Shown: positions 22,382 to 33,204 of the stretch, one piece after another
How the letters are laid out: each line of letters begins with the position of its first letter
How positions within the stretch are numbered: the first letter of the stretch is position 1
Assembly: GCA_002256025.1 (NCBI GenBank)
Contig: NKIB01014007.1
Location: 1-48,484, forward strand
Origin: Asterionella formosa
Taxonomy: Eukaryota
DNA: 48,484 bases
Direction: 5' to 3'
The notes under the pieces: generated by a model
Databases searched by the model: none
Told to the model about the DNA's origin: nothing
The model's input: the letters and a program-made list of their open reading frames with translations, nothing else
Made by a program: the position numbers and the translations under genes

Positions 22382-23390
22382 TACTCTCCCCTTCAATTAA
22401 AATCAATTGTTGCTCTATGTACATTGAGGGGTACACGAGGCCAGGTTTAACGGTACGGTGTTCGATGTGTACCATGGGGTCAACGGATGTATTTTCCGTT
22501 CGGATCGTATACATTCGGCTCCACCATAGTTCTTTCATACGCGTCTGAATATATTAATAGATGATTCAACAGTCGTGGATTTGATCCAACATACCACTAC
22601 CGGAACATCCTATCTTACCGGTATTCACATTGTTGGGATTAACAGAGTGAGCCTACCATGATGTCCTATGCAATGACCGTCCATTGAAATGAATATCGAT
22701 TTGTATATACAACATTCCTCTGAGGAAGAAATGTTGAAATTTTATTTTCGTTCCTACATACTAAACCGCTCAAACAACTTTATATAATGGATATTGAGTA
22801 TTAAATTTTTGACGAGCTATCAAATTGCGCTACATCCGTATCTGTATACAAGCCAATGAATCTTGATGAACAAAATTTCACAGTCGTGGCCAGGTACCAT
22901 TACTTATTCTCTCTTTCTATAGGCGGGAACATGGCGTGCTACACCCAGCAGCTTTGTAGTAAGTCGTCCGTGAGCATGAGATTTCGCCGGAGCTTGCCTT
23001 GCGTGTGCATATAAAATAATCACAATCAGGGCGAACAAGCCATCCGCCATCCCAGCTCCTTGAACCAGTCAGGCTCATTCCTATCATTGTACCGGTAGTC
23101 CAACTGCTGAAGGGAAGCTACACAACAACATCCCGCCTTCACTCCAATACCTTCATTGATTCACCAATGGTATTTTGCTGATTCAAATCCATCGTATCAT
23201 CTTTCAAACGTTGGATTACTCCAAAGCTCCACTTATTAATAGTCGATACTTTAGTTTTGTGATAAACAGACATTCAAATCTCGGCAATTAGCGTAGCGTA
23301 AGCACATTCAAGGGGCGAATCTTAGTTCCACACAATTTGTTGGCATAAAACTACCCGAACTCCACCCAGTCAAGTACTCACGAATCAGCC

Positions 23391-24389
23391 ATGCCGCCAT
23401 CGACGCGAGAGCATCCGTTGACTCCCTCCGCTATAAAGAAGGCAGTGACAATGAAATCCACACTGACCAACAGGATGGACCTGTCTGTCATTGATCAAGC
23501 CTACGGCCCCGACGCTGATCTGTACGTTGACGTCTTAAAAGTCGGGAGCTTGGCATCCCTGGACGAAATCCAAATTGCCTTTTTCGACCGCCGGTCGGAA
23601 CTCTTTGACATTCTGTCCAACCTGTCGCAAGACTCGGAACTGGATGAAATCACCATTTCTCAACGACGCTACGCGGAACGACGAATGGACGCGGTGGTCC
23701 TGGCGTTCCGTATCCTCAAGGACAGTCGCATGCGCCAGCAATATCACAAGATACGCCAGGAGCGTTTGACGCGACGAGTGGAAGGGCAACGGCAAGGAAT
23801 GGCCGCAAAGACTGGAGCTAGCAAGTCTGTTGCCACTAACAGTAAGCCGGTTGTGGCGAATAACGGCAAGATTGGTACAAGGAGCAGCCGCAGTGTTGCG
23901 GATAGTCCCAACAAGCCACCGGCCCGCGACACGGGAGCAGACATTCCCACCAAGTCTGTGACCAAATCCAACAAACCATTATCCACCAGTCCGCGAAAAG
24001 CGCAACCACGAGTCAACCCCAACATTCCAATGGATGAAGCGACCTCGGATGGAGAAACCTTTTTCACATCGGATACCGTAACCACAAATTATTACTCAAC
24101 CGATGATGAGACGATGGATTCTGTGACTGAGGACGATTTCAGTCTGATCTCTCGCGAGAATGGCATGAGGGAGCGCTTTCAACGCCGTTCGGCCGGCAAG
24201 GGAGGCATTATGAGCTCTGTCACGGAGCATCCCGTACTGTGCCAGTGTGCGGACGAAATCCAGGGTACCGTTTCGGACTCGTGCAATGCTTTTGATCAGG
24301 TCTTCAACGTATTTACCTTGAAAGAGAAGGATATCAATGCAGTTTGCGCGAGAATTACCAAGGCGAAGCAGAGTCTATCCACCTATTAA
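23391..24389 (+). CDS. J-domain-like (DnaJ-related, no HPD) protein with a disordered centre
   Basis: 332 aa. DLYVDVLKV...ASLDEIQIAF and AFRILKDSRMRQQY match J-domain helices I, II and IV. HPD is absent. Confidence 0.7.
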   Translation: MPPSTREHPLTPSAIKKAVTMKSTLTNRMDLSVIDQAYGPDADLYVDVLKVGSLASLDEIQIAFFDRRSELFDILSNLSQDSELDEITISQRRYAERRMDAVVLAFRILKDSRMRQQYHKIRQERLTRRVEGQRQGMAAKTGASKSVATNSKPVVANNGKIGTRSSRSVADSPNKPPARDTGADIPTKSVTKSNKPLSTSPRKAQPRVNPNIPMDEATSDGETFFTSDTVTTNYYSTDDETMDSVTEDDFSLISRENGMRERFQRRSAGKGGIMSSVTEHPVLCQCADEIQGTVSDSCNAFDQVFNVFTLKEKDINAVCARITKAKQSLSTY

Positions 24390-24972
24390 TAAGAGCAGGG
24401 GAAGAAGCAAGGATTGGACGGGAAAGACATTTTAGGGAACCCCATGGAAATTCTTTTGGACTTGAGGATTGTACTTATTCTCAGCTTGAGGCTTGATTTT
24501 GAAAGTCGATCCTTCTAGGCTTGGTAGTGGAGTGAAACGGTGGGAGTGGGAGGAGGCTGATGAGTAGCCTTTTCTAAATTACTTCATGGATATTAGATTG
24601 AATCCTCTGAGTTGAAGAGTCAAGGCGGAGGCTTCGGACGAGAATTCTATATCGATAAAGAAAATCTTGTCTGAATGCAGTGGCTCCGATCAGAGTAGAT
24701 TGAATCCTACCTGGAAACTCCATTACGAAGGTCAAGGCGGCATTTCTGGGAATACTGTTTGCAAGGACTATAATTCATGGGCGCAGCCTTTTTCAAAGCA
24801 GAAGGATCCAGCATACATAGAGACTATTTTTAATCGTATATTTGACTTAACGTTTCCCTCGTGCCTGCACCTCTCCAGCAGTGTGTCATTGTCACTTAGG
24901 GGCGATTATTTCTCAGTACGCCAAATCCAAACTTTCTATTTTTGAATTCGACTATCCCCCAATAAAAGTTCT

Positions 24973-25953
24973 CTAATTCTTGTCAACGACATTACCAGTT
25001 TCGTACCGATAGTCAACAACAACAGTGGCACCATCAACGACAATAACATTGTCACTGATGTTGGAAGTGCCCATGGGATGAGATGCTTCATCAATTGCAC
25101 CCGTCAACACATTCTTACATGGAAAATCACGTGGGGGATTCCATTGATCAAAGGGATATCGAAATGCCCAACGGGACAAATGGGATACCCGACGGATATG
25201 TTGATGCCAGGCAGCACCTGATTGACACCCCCCAAATATGGTATTGCACATGGAACAGGTCAAAGCCAAAATTTCAGATACAATGACAGATACCAGGAGG
25301 AGCATAAAGTCAGTAAGTGCCATGCATCTCCAAACAATGTAGCTGGTTGCAAAAGGCACCACGGTTATAATATTCAATTTCCACATGCACAACTTGCAGA
25401 AGTAAAAGAACATGGCAGCAGTCAAGTACACTACAGTAGCTGCAAGTTCAATGGCAATTACAGCTGCGACAGCTGAAAGTGAGATTGAATAGCCAATAAC
25501 CAAAGTGAATATGTTTCCTTCGCAGCTGGAGGATGGGGGGTGCGTGACCTGATGCTGTTGCTGTGTTGATGGCGATAGTTCCTCGTCGATTTGCACCAAT
25601 TGCGCGACAGGGATTGGGCCTGCCTTGGCGTCTTCAAAGACAGTCATCCACGGATTTCCTGGAATAAGGAAGCGTGGATCAACAGAGACAGTTGCATTCT
25701 CGGGGTGGAGCGTTGCAATCCATGTGACATAACTTGAAACAGGATCTTGAGGTCGGATCGGATTCTGCTGCAAATGACCATTTAAGTGGTCTCGAATCAT
25801 GGCCGTCCCCTCGGCGCGCGCAGCGGCAGCGGCAGCCTCCGCATCTTGATCACTTGTCGATATGACGGGGCGAGGTGTTTGCATCTTGATTCTGATGATC
25901 GATAGATTAGCTATTGGCAAAGTTCTCTTACGGCAGCCTCGCCGGATCTGCAT
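24973..25953 (-). CDS. Hypothetical multi-pass membrane protein
   Basis: 326-aa ORF (alternative ATG at 25884). N-terminal YVTWIATLHPEN motif and 3-4 hydrophobic segments. Confidence 0.75.
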   Translation of the reverse strand: MQIRRGCRKRTLPIANLSIIRIKMQTPRPVISTSDQDAEAAAAAARAEGTAMIRDHLNGHLQQNPIRPQDPVSSYVTWIATLHPENATVSVDPRFLIPGNPWMTVFEDAKAGPIPVAQLVQIDEELSPSTQQQHQVTHPPSSSCEGNIFTLVIGYSISLSAVAAVIAIELAATVVYLTAAMFFYFCKLCMWKLNIITVVPFATSYIVWRCMALTDFMLLLVSVIVSEILALTCSMCNTIFGGCQSGAAWHQHIRRVSHLSRWAFRYPFDQWNPPRDFPCKNVLTGAIDEASHPMGTSNISDNVIVVDGATVVVDYRYETGNVVDKN

Positions 25954-26230
25954 ACATGCAACGCAGAAGCAAAATCAAAACAGAATCTCGAAAAAGGTGA
26001 AATACAGTTATCGGTACCGGCGGGCCAACAGGTGCCATGGATCTAGGTCGAATTTAGAGTCTGCCACGACTCCATTTCTTGTCAGCTTGGCTGATGATCA
26101 TGCCTTTGTTGCTTTCATGCATGATTGCCATGTATTCAAATTTTGCAATATGTATGTATACCGGTAGTCTAGTGTGCCGCATTTGATGTAGCAGAGCTAC
26201 CGGTGTACTGCTGCAACTAAACCAAAAAAA

Positions 26231-26273
26231 AGCTAAATATGTCGCTTCAGCACAATTAACGCAAGTTGCCTGC
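26231..26273 (-). mobile_element. Left-half fragment of the ~90-bp MITE-like family, reverse orientation
   Basis: Reverse complement GCAGGCAACTTGCGTTAATTGTGCTGAAGCGACATATTTAGCT aligns to 17662-17704 and 13463-13500. Confidence 0.7.
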
Positions 26274-26544
26274 TACCCTGTGTAACGGTACATACATACC
26301 TACTGTATGTGGTATGACGTAATAATATGCCATACGGTGGCTGGATACTGCAAGCAAAGCTGCATCCTCATTGTCCGCCGACACCATGCTGAGCGATGGA
26401 TGGCTGATGGCCCGAGCTAAAATACGTATGATTTTATGTGAACATTGTGACACAATAAAAACCATCCCAAAAATCACTCTATTTTTTAAAACATTGATTT
26501 AATCCTCACACCTTTTGTCGGACACGTCGCTATATAATTGGACA

Positions 26545-27756
26545 ATGACGACACGACGTAGGAGGACAACAACTACATCTACATTTGTGATAGTTTTGTT
26601 GAGCGCTGTCGTGTCCTTGACGGACGCAACATCAGCAGGAGGTCCATACACACCACAACAGGTCGATCATTGGCTAGATAGTCGTTGCGGCGAAAGCGGA
26701 TCAGCCATTTGGGCGTACGAGGGGGCACTGTATGATCCACTGGATGGTCGAAAGATTTGTGCTGTGGAAGGCATTGAACTTGTCCGCCGATTGCCGATAC
26801 TATCTTCCACAGAGGACAATCCAAGTAATTTACTCAAAATGGAACAACTAGAGGAACGTGGATATACGGTCCTCTCGAGAAAACTATTTTGCTATCCATC
26901 ACCCGAAGCACCTCGGAAACTCTTGGATGTTATCAAACTGAGGCACAACTCGCCTCTCAGAAACATCCCCACACACCAAGCTATGGCGTTATATGACTGT
27001 GCGACGACATTTTTGGGACGACGCAATGGTACAGAACTGGTCGTTCATACGGAATTTCCAAATGGGAAGTGCTATTGGTCTACTGCGACATCAGGGGCAA
27101 AGCAAGCACTATTGGATTCGACCTCCACCTCAACGATGGACTTTACCGTCTACACCAAAAAGAGACGATCCGACGTACCGGAATTATCCAATACGTCAGA
27201 GGCAGAAATGTTCGTCTCGCCCAAACGATCTCGTCTGATTCAGTTCGGAGCCGCTCCCAAACAAGAACAAGAGGGGAGATATGGAGCTAGAGAAACTTAT
27301 TCATACACCTTCCAGAGCAAGAATGCTACCCCCAAATTCAACTTGCAGTTTTGGAGGAAAACACAAAATATCCCATCGTCCAGTTGCATACTCCAGTACA
27401 CCAGGTATGGAGAAGGACCACCGTGGTATAGGACTGGAACGTATTGTCAATTGGAATTGACTGGACGTCGCGTTGATCATGTCTCAGAGTTACCCCCACT
27501 TGCTGCAAGTGTTGCTGCCAAACAATCAGGTTTTCTCACAGTGGCATCCCCCATTGTCAATTCTCAACAAGCTATTAGATGGTTCCGACAAGATTCATTA
27601 TCCAGTATCTTCCATGACGACGACAAGCTTCATGGCCCTGATGGATCGTTACAACGATCCATATACAATATTAGAAAACTAGGTGAAGAGGCATGGCAAA
27701 GCGTACGACGAGCTTCATCGCACAAGCAGGGTCAACGACCATCTGGCAAAGACTAA
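26545..27756 (+). CDS. Hypothetical protein with signal peptide (weak DUF1838-like resemblance)
   Basis: First ATG at 26545, ~403 aa. Hydrophobic FVIVLLSAVVSL; WAYEGALYDPLDGRKICAVEGIEL and YTRYGEGPPW motifs. Confidence 0.75.
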   Translation: MTTRRRRTTTTSTFVIVLLSAVVSLTDATSAGGPYTPQQVDHWLDSRCGESGSAIWAYEGALYDPLDGRKICAVEGIELVRRLPILSSTEDNPSNLLKMEQLEERGYTVLSRKLFCYPSPEAPRKLLDVIKLRHNSPLRNIPTHQAMALYDCATTFLGRRNGTELVVHTEFPNGKCYWSTATSGAKQALLDSTSTSTMDFTVYTKKRRSDVPELSNTSEAEMFVSPKRSRLIQFGAAPKQEQEGRYGARETYSYTFQSKNATPKFNLQFWRKTQNIPSSSCILQYTRYGEGPPWYRTGTYCQLELTGRRVDHVSELPPLAASVAAKQSGFLTVASPIVNSQQAIRWFRQDSLSSIFHDDDKLHGPDGSLQRSIYNIRKLGEEAWQSVRRASSHKQGQRPSGKD

Positions 27757-27768
27757 ATCATTTGGTTT

Positions 27769-29400
27769 TTACTTTCCAAGCAGTATTAGCCGTAGTGTTT
27801 CAGCTGATTGTGAGTGAGTGAAGACTCCATTCCCCAATGATCCCTTCAATACTTGATCCAATCGTCGCTTTAAGGAAACCTCGTCTGTGGGAGGATCAAA
27901 TGATGCTTGTACCTTGACCATTCGTCCTTTTGGAGTGGCATGTGTATCTGCAAATATTATATTTTCTCGTTTAATATCCGGAGGTGAGAAGGATCCTTGG
28001 ATGGCTTTCGTTGATGAATACAATACTATTTCACCGTTGGGTCCTCGACTAACTTCCACATGTACTCCTGAACATTCTCTAGGTACAAATCCAAAGGTTT
28101 CTTGCAAGACCAAGGCCAACAATGGTTTATTGATAGTGCCCGTAATCGGGCGAACACCCGCATGGAGACAGATAGACATCCAAACCCCTATAATAATTTT
28201 GGAAAGTCCACGTTTCCGTTCCTGAGGATCAATGTAGGCTCCCAACATGGACGATTCCACGGTTATAGAAGAATTGATCATTAGTAAATATCCAATCCGT
28301 TGTCCATGCTCATTTAATAATAACAGTTTGATACCATTTTTCGATGGATTACGATGTGGTTGCAATGCCACACCAATATTGGATAATTCGTCACTCCACA
28401 TACCCAATTTCCAATACGCCGAGCGACCCTTCCCCACCTTGACCATGGTATCACCTTCATGCCATAATTCAAAATCATGTGTCCCAGGGGTCCTATGCAA
28501 TGTCGATTGTACTTTTTTCACCATGTCCCACTCATCTCGTTTCCCATATGCTGAAATTATCATATCACTTGCTGCTGTGTCATTTGGACAATCTGTAGCA
28601 CACAGTGCAAATGCAGCATCAATCTTTCCCATGGTACATAATGCCATGATTGTTTTATGATAACTGATTTGATCTGGGAATGGCAGTGGAGTCGATGGAT
28701 CTTTCATTTGATTCAACAGCCCCAAAGCTTCCATTCCACGTTTTGATCTAGCCAAGGCAGTCAAGGCGACATTGTAGGTTAATGTAGATGTATAGATTTT
28801 TAATCGTAGATTGCCTGTAGTACTAGTAGTAGTACTACAACTACTAGTAGTAGTTATTGTTGCGGCTCCATCCTCCTTGCGATGGAGTTCATCCAACAAG
28901 TCCAATACAGTCTCCCATGCTCCGGCTTGACCACATGCTGACATGGTGGCATGGTACGTTCCTATCGAAGGGTGTTGATTTTGACGGAGGATTTGTACTG
29001 CAACATTTGGTTGATGACATTTGCCACAAATCTGAATCAATAGTCGTTGACAGGCTTCACTAGGACGTGTGTTGTAAATGGCTTGTGCTTGTTCCCATTG
29101 TTTGTGTTTGCCACAAATGTGCATGACAGCTAAAAATGGATCGTCCGAAAAGTGCTGCTGCGGAGTGGCAGCCATGTATCCATGAAGTAAGACCAAGGCT
29201 TCTTCAATGGTTTGGCATCCCTTGATTTGACGATCAATCGGAGCCATGCGATCGGGTCGGAGTTTATGATTACTTCGTGCTTGTTGAGCCACAGGAGAAG
29301 AAAGGGACTGACACACACTGTTGTGGAAGATAAACGACGAGATAATGATGAGATAACAGAGAGTCGCTGAATAAAAGAGACAGGAGGAGCGGCCCAACAT
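27769..29400 (-). CDS. Pentatricopeptide-repeat protein with a C-terminal GNAT-like domain, N-terminal targeting signal
   Basis: First ATG at 29400. PPR motifs TYHATMSACGQAGAWETVLDLL, TYNVALTALARS, PDQISYHKTIMALCTMG, MIISAYGK. C-terminal MLGAYIDPQERKRGLS resembles the acetyl-CoA-binding motif A. Confidence 0.8.
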   Translation of the reverse strand: MLGRSSCLFYSATLCYLIIISSFIFHNSVCQSLSSPVAQQARSNHKLRPDRMAPIDRQIKGCQTIEEALVLLHGYMAATPQQHFSDDPFLAVMHICGKHKQWEQAQAIYNTRPSEACQRLLIQICGKCHQPNVAVQILRQNQHPSIGTYHATMSACGQAGAWETVLDLLDELHRKEDGAATITTTSSCSTTTSTTGNLRLKIYTSTLTYNVALTALARSKRGMEALGLLNQMKDPSTPLPFPDQISYHKTIMALCTMGKIDAAFALCATDCPNDTAASDMIISAYGKRDEWDMVKKVQSTLHRTPGTHDFELWHEGDTMVKVGKGRSAYWKLGMWSDELSNIGVALQPHRNPSKNGIKLLLLNEHGQRIGYLLMINSSITVESSMLGAYIDPQERKRGLSKIIIGVWMSICLHAGVRPITGTINKPLLALVLQETFGFVPRECSGVHVEVSRGPNGEIVLYSSTKAIQGSFSPPDIKRENIIFADTHATPKGRMVKVQASFDPPTDEVSLKRRLDQVLKGSLGNGVFTHSQSAETLRLILLGK

Positions 29401-29817
29401 TGTCACCACATTTAATGTGGTAGTGGACAAAAAATTTATTCGATGTACTGCCAAATATTTTTATCCTTTTTTTCAGTTTTTACACGATAGTAGGAGGGTA
29501 GTACCTCCGGTAAGTAATTTCTTACCGGTAGCTAACATATTTCAGGTCAACACAAGCATCAGTAGACTAGCTGGTACTACCAGGTAGTCTACCTTTACCA
29601 GTGCCTCTTCATACATTTTGACAGGCATGCATTCACTCTCTATTATATACCATTAGCAGCTGGAATCTGTTCTTGTAAATCCATCAATCAACTTATATCA
29701 ATAAGGTATAGTGTCACTCTTTTCTGGAGTGATAAACTATTGTTTTGCTATTCTACATGGCTCTCTAGAACAAAACTAGATTCGATATAAATAGTCCCTT
29801 TACCATCAGTACTTTCA

Positions 29818-30660
29818 TCACGCCTTGGGTGGTACATAATTACTGTTGCGAGCGTCACTAGAGTCGGCACTGATTCCTGGTTCCAATGCATTCTTATCCA
29901 AAATTTCCGATCGATGAGCCCCCAAAATGGCGGCAAAGGATCCCAAAAGCAGACTTTGAAGAATGGAGAAAAAGGACATGAAGGATTCTTCCTTGGCCGA
30001 TTGTCCAGAATGTCTCTGCTGCTTTCCATATCCGGCATACCTAATTAGGGATAAATCAAACACAGTGAATGATGAGTGATGCATATGTTGGCAAAAATAT
30101 CGTATCACAGAATCCATGGCAAAGTAGACTACCGGTTTACCACTGAAGTGAAGTAGCACGATTGCATCTGTATCTGTACCCATGCATCATTACACAATCA
30201 CACACTTACACCATAAACAAGACGAAAAATAGTTGACTCATGGCAACCACCCCTCCCATGAAGAATCCAACGGCCATGGAATTGTGAAATTTTCGCATAA
30301 TCATGGTTCCTCCGACACTTAGGACACATAATAAAATGGCAGACCACACGGCCACAAAGCCCTCGGCGTGGGATCGAGTCGTCATGACCCAGAAGGACAA
30401 AATGGCCATGATGGCTGTAACTGTCAAAATTGAGTACCTAAGATAGTGTAAGGAGTGTGAGTGGAAGTGGAAGTGGAACAAACGAACTACCATTGTGTGC
30501 GACAATGACAGGAACAAATCAGATACTGTTACTGTTACTGTTGATGGTTCACAGTGGCCCTAATAATAACTCACCACCAACCAGCAATCAATTTACGTGA
30601 AGATCCTCCGCAAAATGAATTCGCCAACGATGTTGTGTATTGAGACATTGTCGATCCCAT
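29818..30660 (-). CDS. ~178-aa four-TM membrane protein, 3 exons: join(30660-30575, 30437-30210, 30040-29818)
   Basis: Introns GTGAGT..TAG (137 nt) and GTAAGT..TAG (169 nt), both phase 2, join MGSTMSQY..AGWW, YSILTV..FMV and YAGYGKQ..PPKA* into one frame. Confidence 0.85.
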
Positions 30661-31308
30661 GATGATGGTTGTTTTGAACAAGGACTCCTCAACTACAAAG
30701 CAGCAAAAATATGTGCTAATAAACGCTTCTAAAATGCTTTACCGGTATTTCATATATTTTATCTACTCAACAGGCACTAATAAATTTTGGCTGTGCTCAT
30801 CACAAAACACAAAGAATAGATTTGCCATACATACAACGTATACCCATCGCATGTACTGGTACCTGGTACTCCTCCCAGGTACCCTACAGCATGCGCAGGA
30901 GGACGCAAGACTGCCCGCCCATAACGTATGCCTGTACATATGTGTATGTAATGTAATATCGGTAATAGTATTATCATTTGTACAGAAAATCATTGCAGAA
31001 TTTACATATACCACCGGAATTATAGTCGGTCACACAAGCAATACAGTATGCATGTGCGCACAAGAATACATAGCGGTGCTGGCACTCTATTACCGGTACT
31101 GAACCGGTACCTGGTACCCTGGTACCAGGTACCAGGGTACTCTGTTCATATTTTATGAACTGGTACAGTAGTGTGTAGTAAGTCACCCTGCTACCGGTAT
31201 ATACTACGTGTACATACTAACACAGCTGTGCCTACCACACTTGTATGATACCAATGGACTTGATGTTCCTGGTCCCATCCTTTTTTTTGCAGATACCGGT
31301 AGCTTAGG

Positions 31309-31921
31309 CTATAACTTATTGGTGATACAAATGAATTTTCGGCTTATGCAGATTACCTCATCTGGTGCAATGGATGGAAAACCTTCCTGGCCTGTGTGCA
31401 TGTGAAAATATTGACTAGGACACTGGTACCATCCAATATGTACACAATCAACTGAACCCACACATCCAGGGAGTCCCTTGTCACTGTATTCATTGACCAC
31501 CCATGGCATGTAGATGAAGTCATGTTGAAGTGATGCCATTGTCTCTGTCCAATTGATCAAGAATAAGCGATGTGTTTCTTCAGCACTCAAATTTTTGTTC
31601 ATACTGAAAAAAATGAGTAAAAGCTGTCCCAAGTGTAAATAGAGCTCCAAGACGCCCACTGGAAGGCCACAACAGTCAACTTTGTTTGCCTTCCATAATG
31701 GCCACCATTTTTCAATAGCAGCTATTTCAAGTAACTGATCTCTGAAAACTGAATAGGGTATGCATCCTGAACATGCGGCTCAATCTGTTCTTGGCTTCTC
31801 TTCCATTTGGTTCAGTCAAATATATGGCCTTAATGGAAGGGTCCAGCAAGAAAAAGCGTCCACCAGTAGCATGATTCTTTGAATTTCCTCTTGTAATGAG
31901 TTCTGTAAGACTTGCTTGCAC
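31309..31921 (-). mobile_element. Degenerate PIF/Harbinger (DDE_Tnp_4-like) transposase remnant
   Basis: GLPGCVGSVDCVHIGW..CP....HTGQEGFPSIA motif around the first catalytic Asp. Upstream RMFRM and DCCG..LELYL. Frameshifted and truncated. Confidence 0.75.
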
Positions 31922-33126
31922 TTTTTGAATGTGTTGTCCTCCTCTCCAGAAGAGAGTGATGAAAGGAGTATGCTGTCATCACCACTGCTGTCCTTTCCCC
32001 CTCATCCTTGTCACTTTCATGAATGATGGAAATGGCTGCATTATAGCGATTGATGCCAATTGATTCAGCAAGCTTATTGCTTCTTGCGCTGGCTGCTGCC
32101 TGCTGCAAGTAGCTAGTAGGGGAACAGAGGATGATGGAATGGTGGGCAAGGACATGCGAAGTTTGGAGAAGAGGCAACTCAGTGAAATGCAGCAACAATC
32201 AAGAATACAATAGCGATAGCAGCAGATGCAATAACAAATTTTGTAATAATATAAAACTAGAGTACATATATGTATAGTATACTACTATCATGCAGGAATA
32301 CGACAACATTTCTACAAGTCATATTAGTCTAAAACTAAAATCGAATATTCTAATAGATTCTTGTGTGACCACACTACAAACATTGGACATTCAGAAAGAG
32401 GGTTTCTGTGTGTTATCCAATGTTTTTAGTGTGGCCACAAAAGAAATTTGGCTGTGGTTTGTGCTGGCTGTGTATTGTACTCCGAGTATTGGATAAAATG
32501 ACGCACACAACTATGAAATTTGATGCACAGGCAAACGGACGAAAAGCACGTATGATGCGTCTGTATTTGTGTTATGCAAAGAAATAACCTTACCGGCATT
32601 GCTATGCTTTTAACATTTTAACTACAACACGGAGTCCAGCACCTACGTAGCCTATTGTACATGTTAATTCATTCTGTAAACTATATACGATGTTGCTTCG
32701 CTCTCTGATAAAATTGAGGACTACCGGTACCGGTAGTATAGTTCACCAGTACCGCTAGACTTACGGCACGGTAGGCTACCTGTATACTTTTGACTACGGT
32801 AAACTGCCTTGGCTGGCGAGCGACATTCGAATTATCATAAATTTTTACACTCATATGGCAATATTTTCTTAGTTCACGCCGGCCGAGCTCGTGGGACCAT
32901 TGAAGCACATTTTACGAAACGCGAACATACATGTGCAAATCAAGCTCAACATCATCTACCGGTTAATCATTTTTGCCATCTCATGGGATACTAAAAAGGA
33001 ACATGGAACATTATTTGATGTCTTTAGACTTTTCGATTGCTTCAATTCATAAAAGTGGCAACAAAGTTCACAGCTCAAAGATTTTCGTATAATATATTGG
33101 AAGAATAAAACGAGAAGGTGAAGTTT

Positions 33127-33204
33127 ACCCGTCAATACCCTACACTTCATCAAACATGTCGGCTCCCCCACCCGTCAATACCCTACACTTCATCAAACAT
33201 GTCG
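33127..33204. repeat. Exact 35-bp direct duplication spanning the stop codon of the DUF6824-like gene
   Basis: ACCCGTCAATACCCTACACTTCATCAAACATGTCG at 33127-33161 and 33170-33204. Confidence 0.95.

Noticed and set aside
31210..32490. TIRs for the degenerate Harbinger remnant
   Set aside because: Only patchy CACAGC/GCTGTG similarity, with no GGG/GGC termini and TWA duplication.
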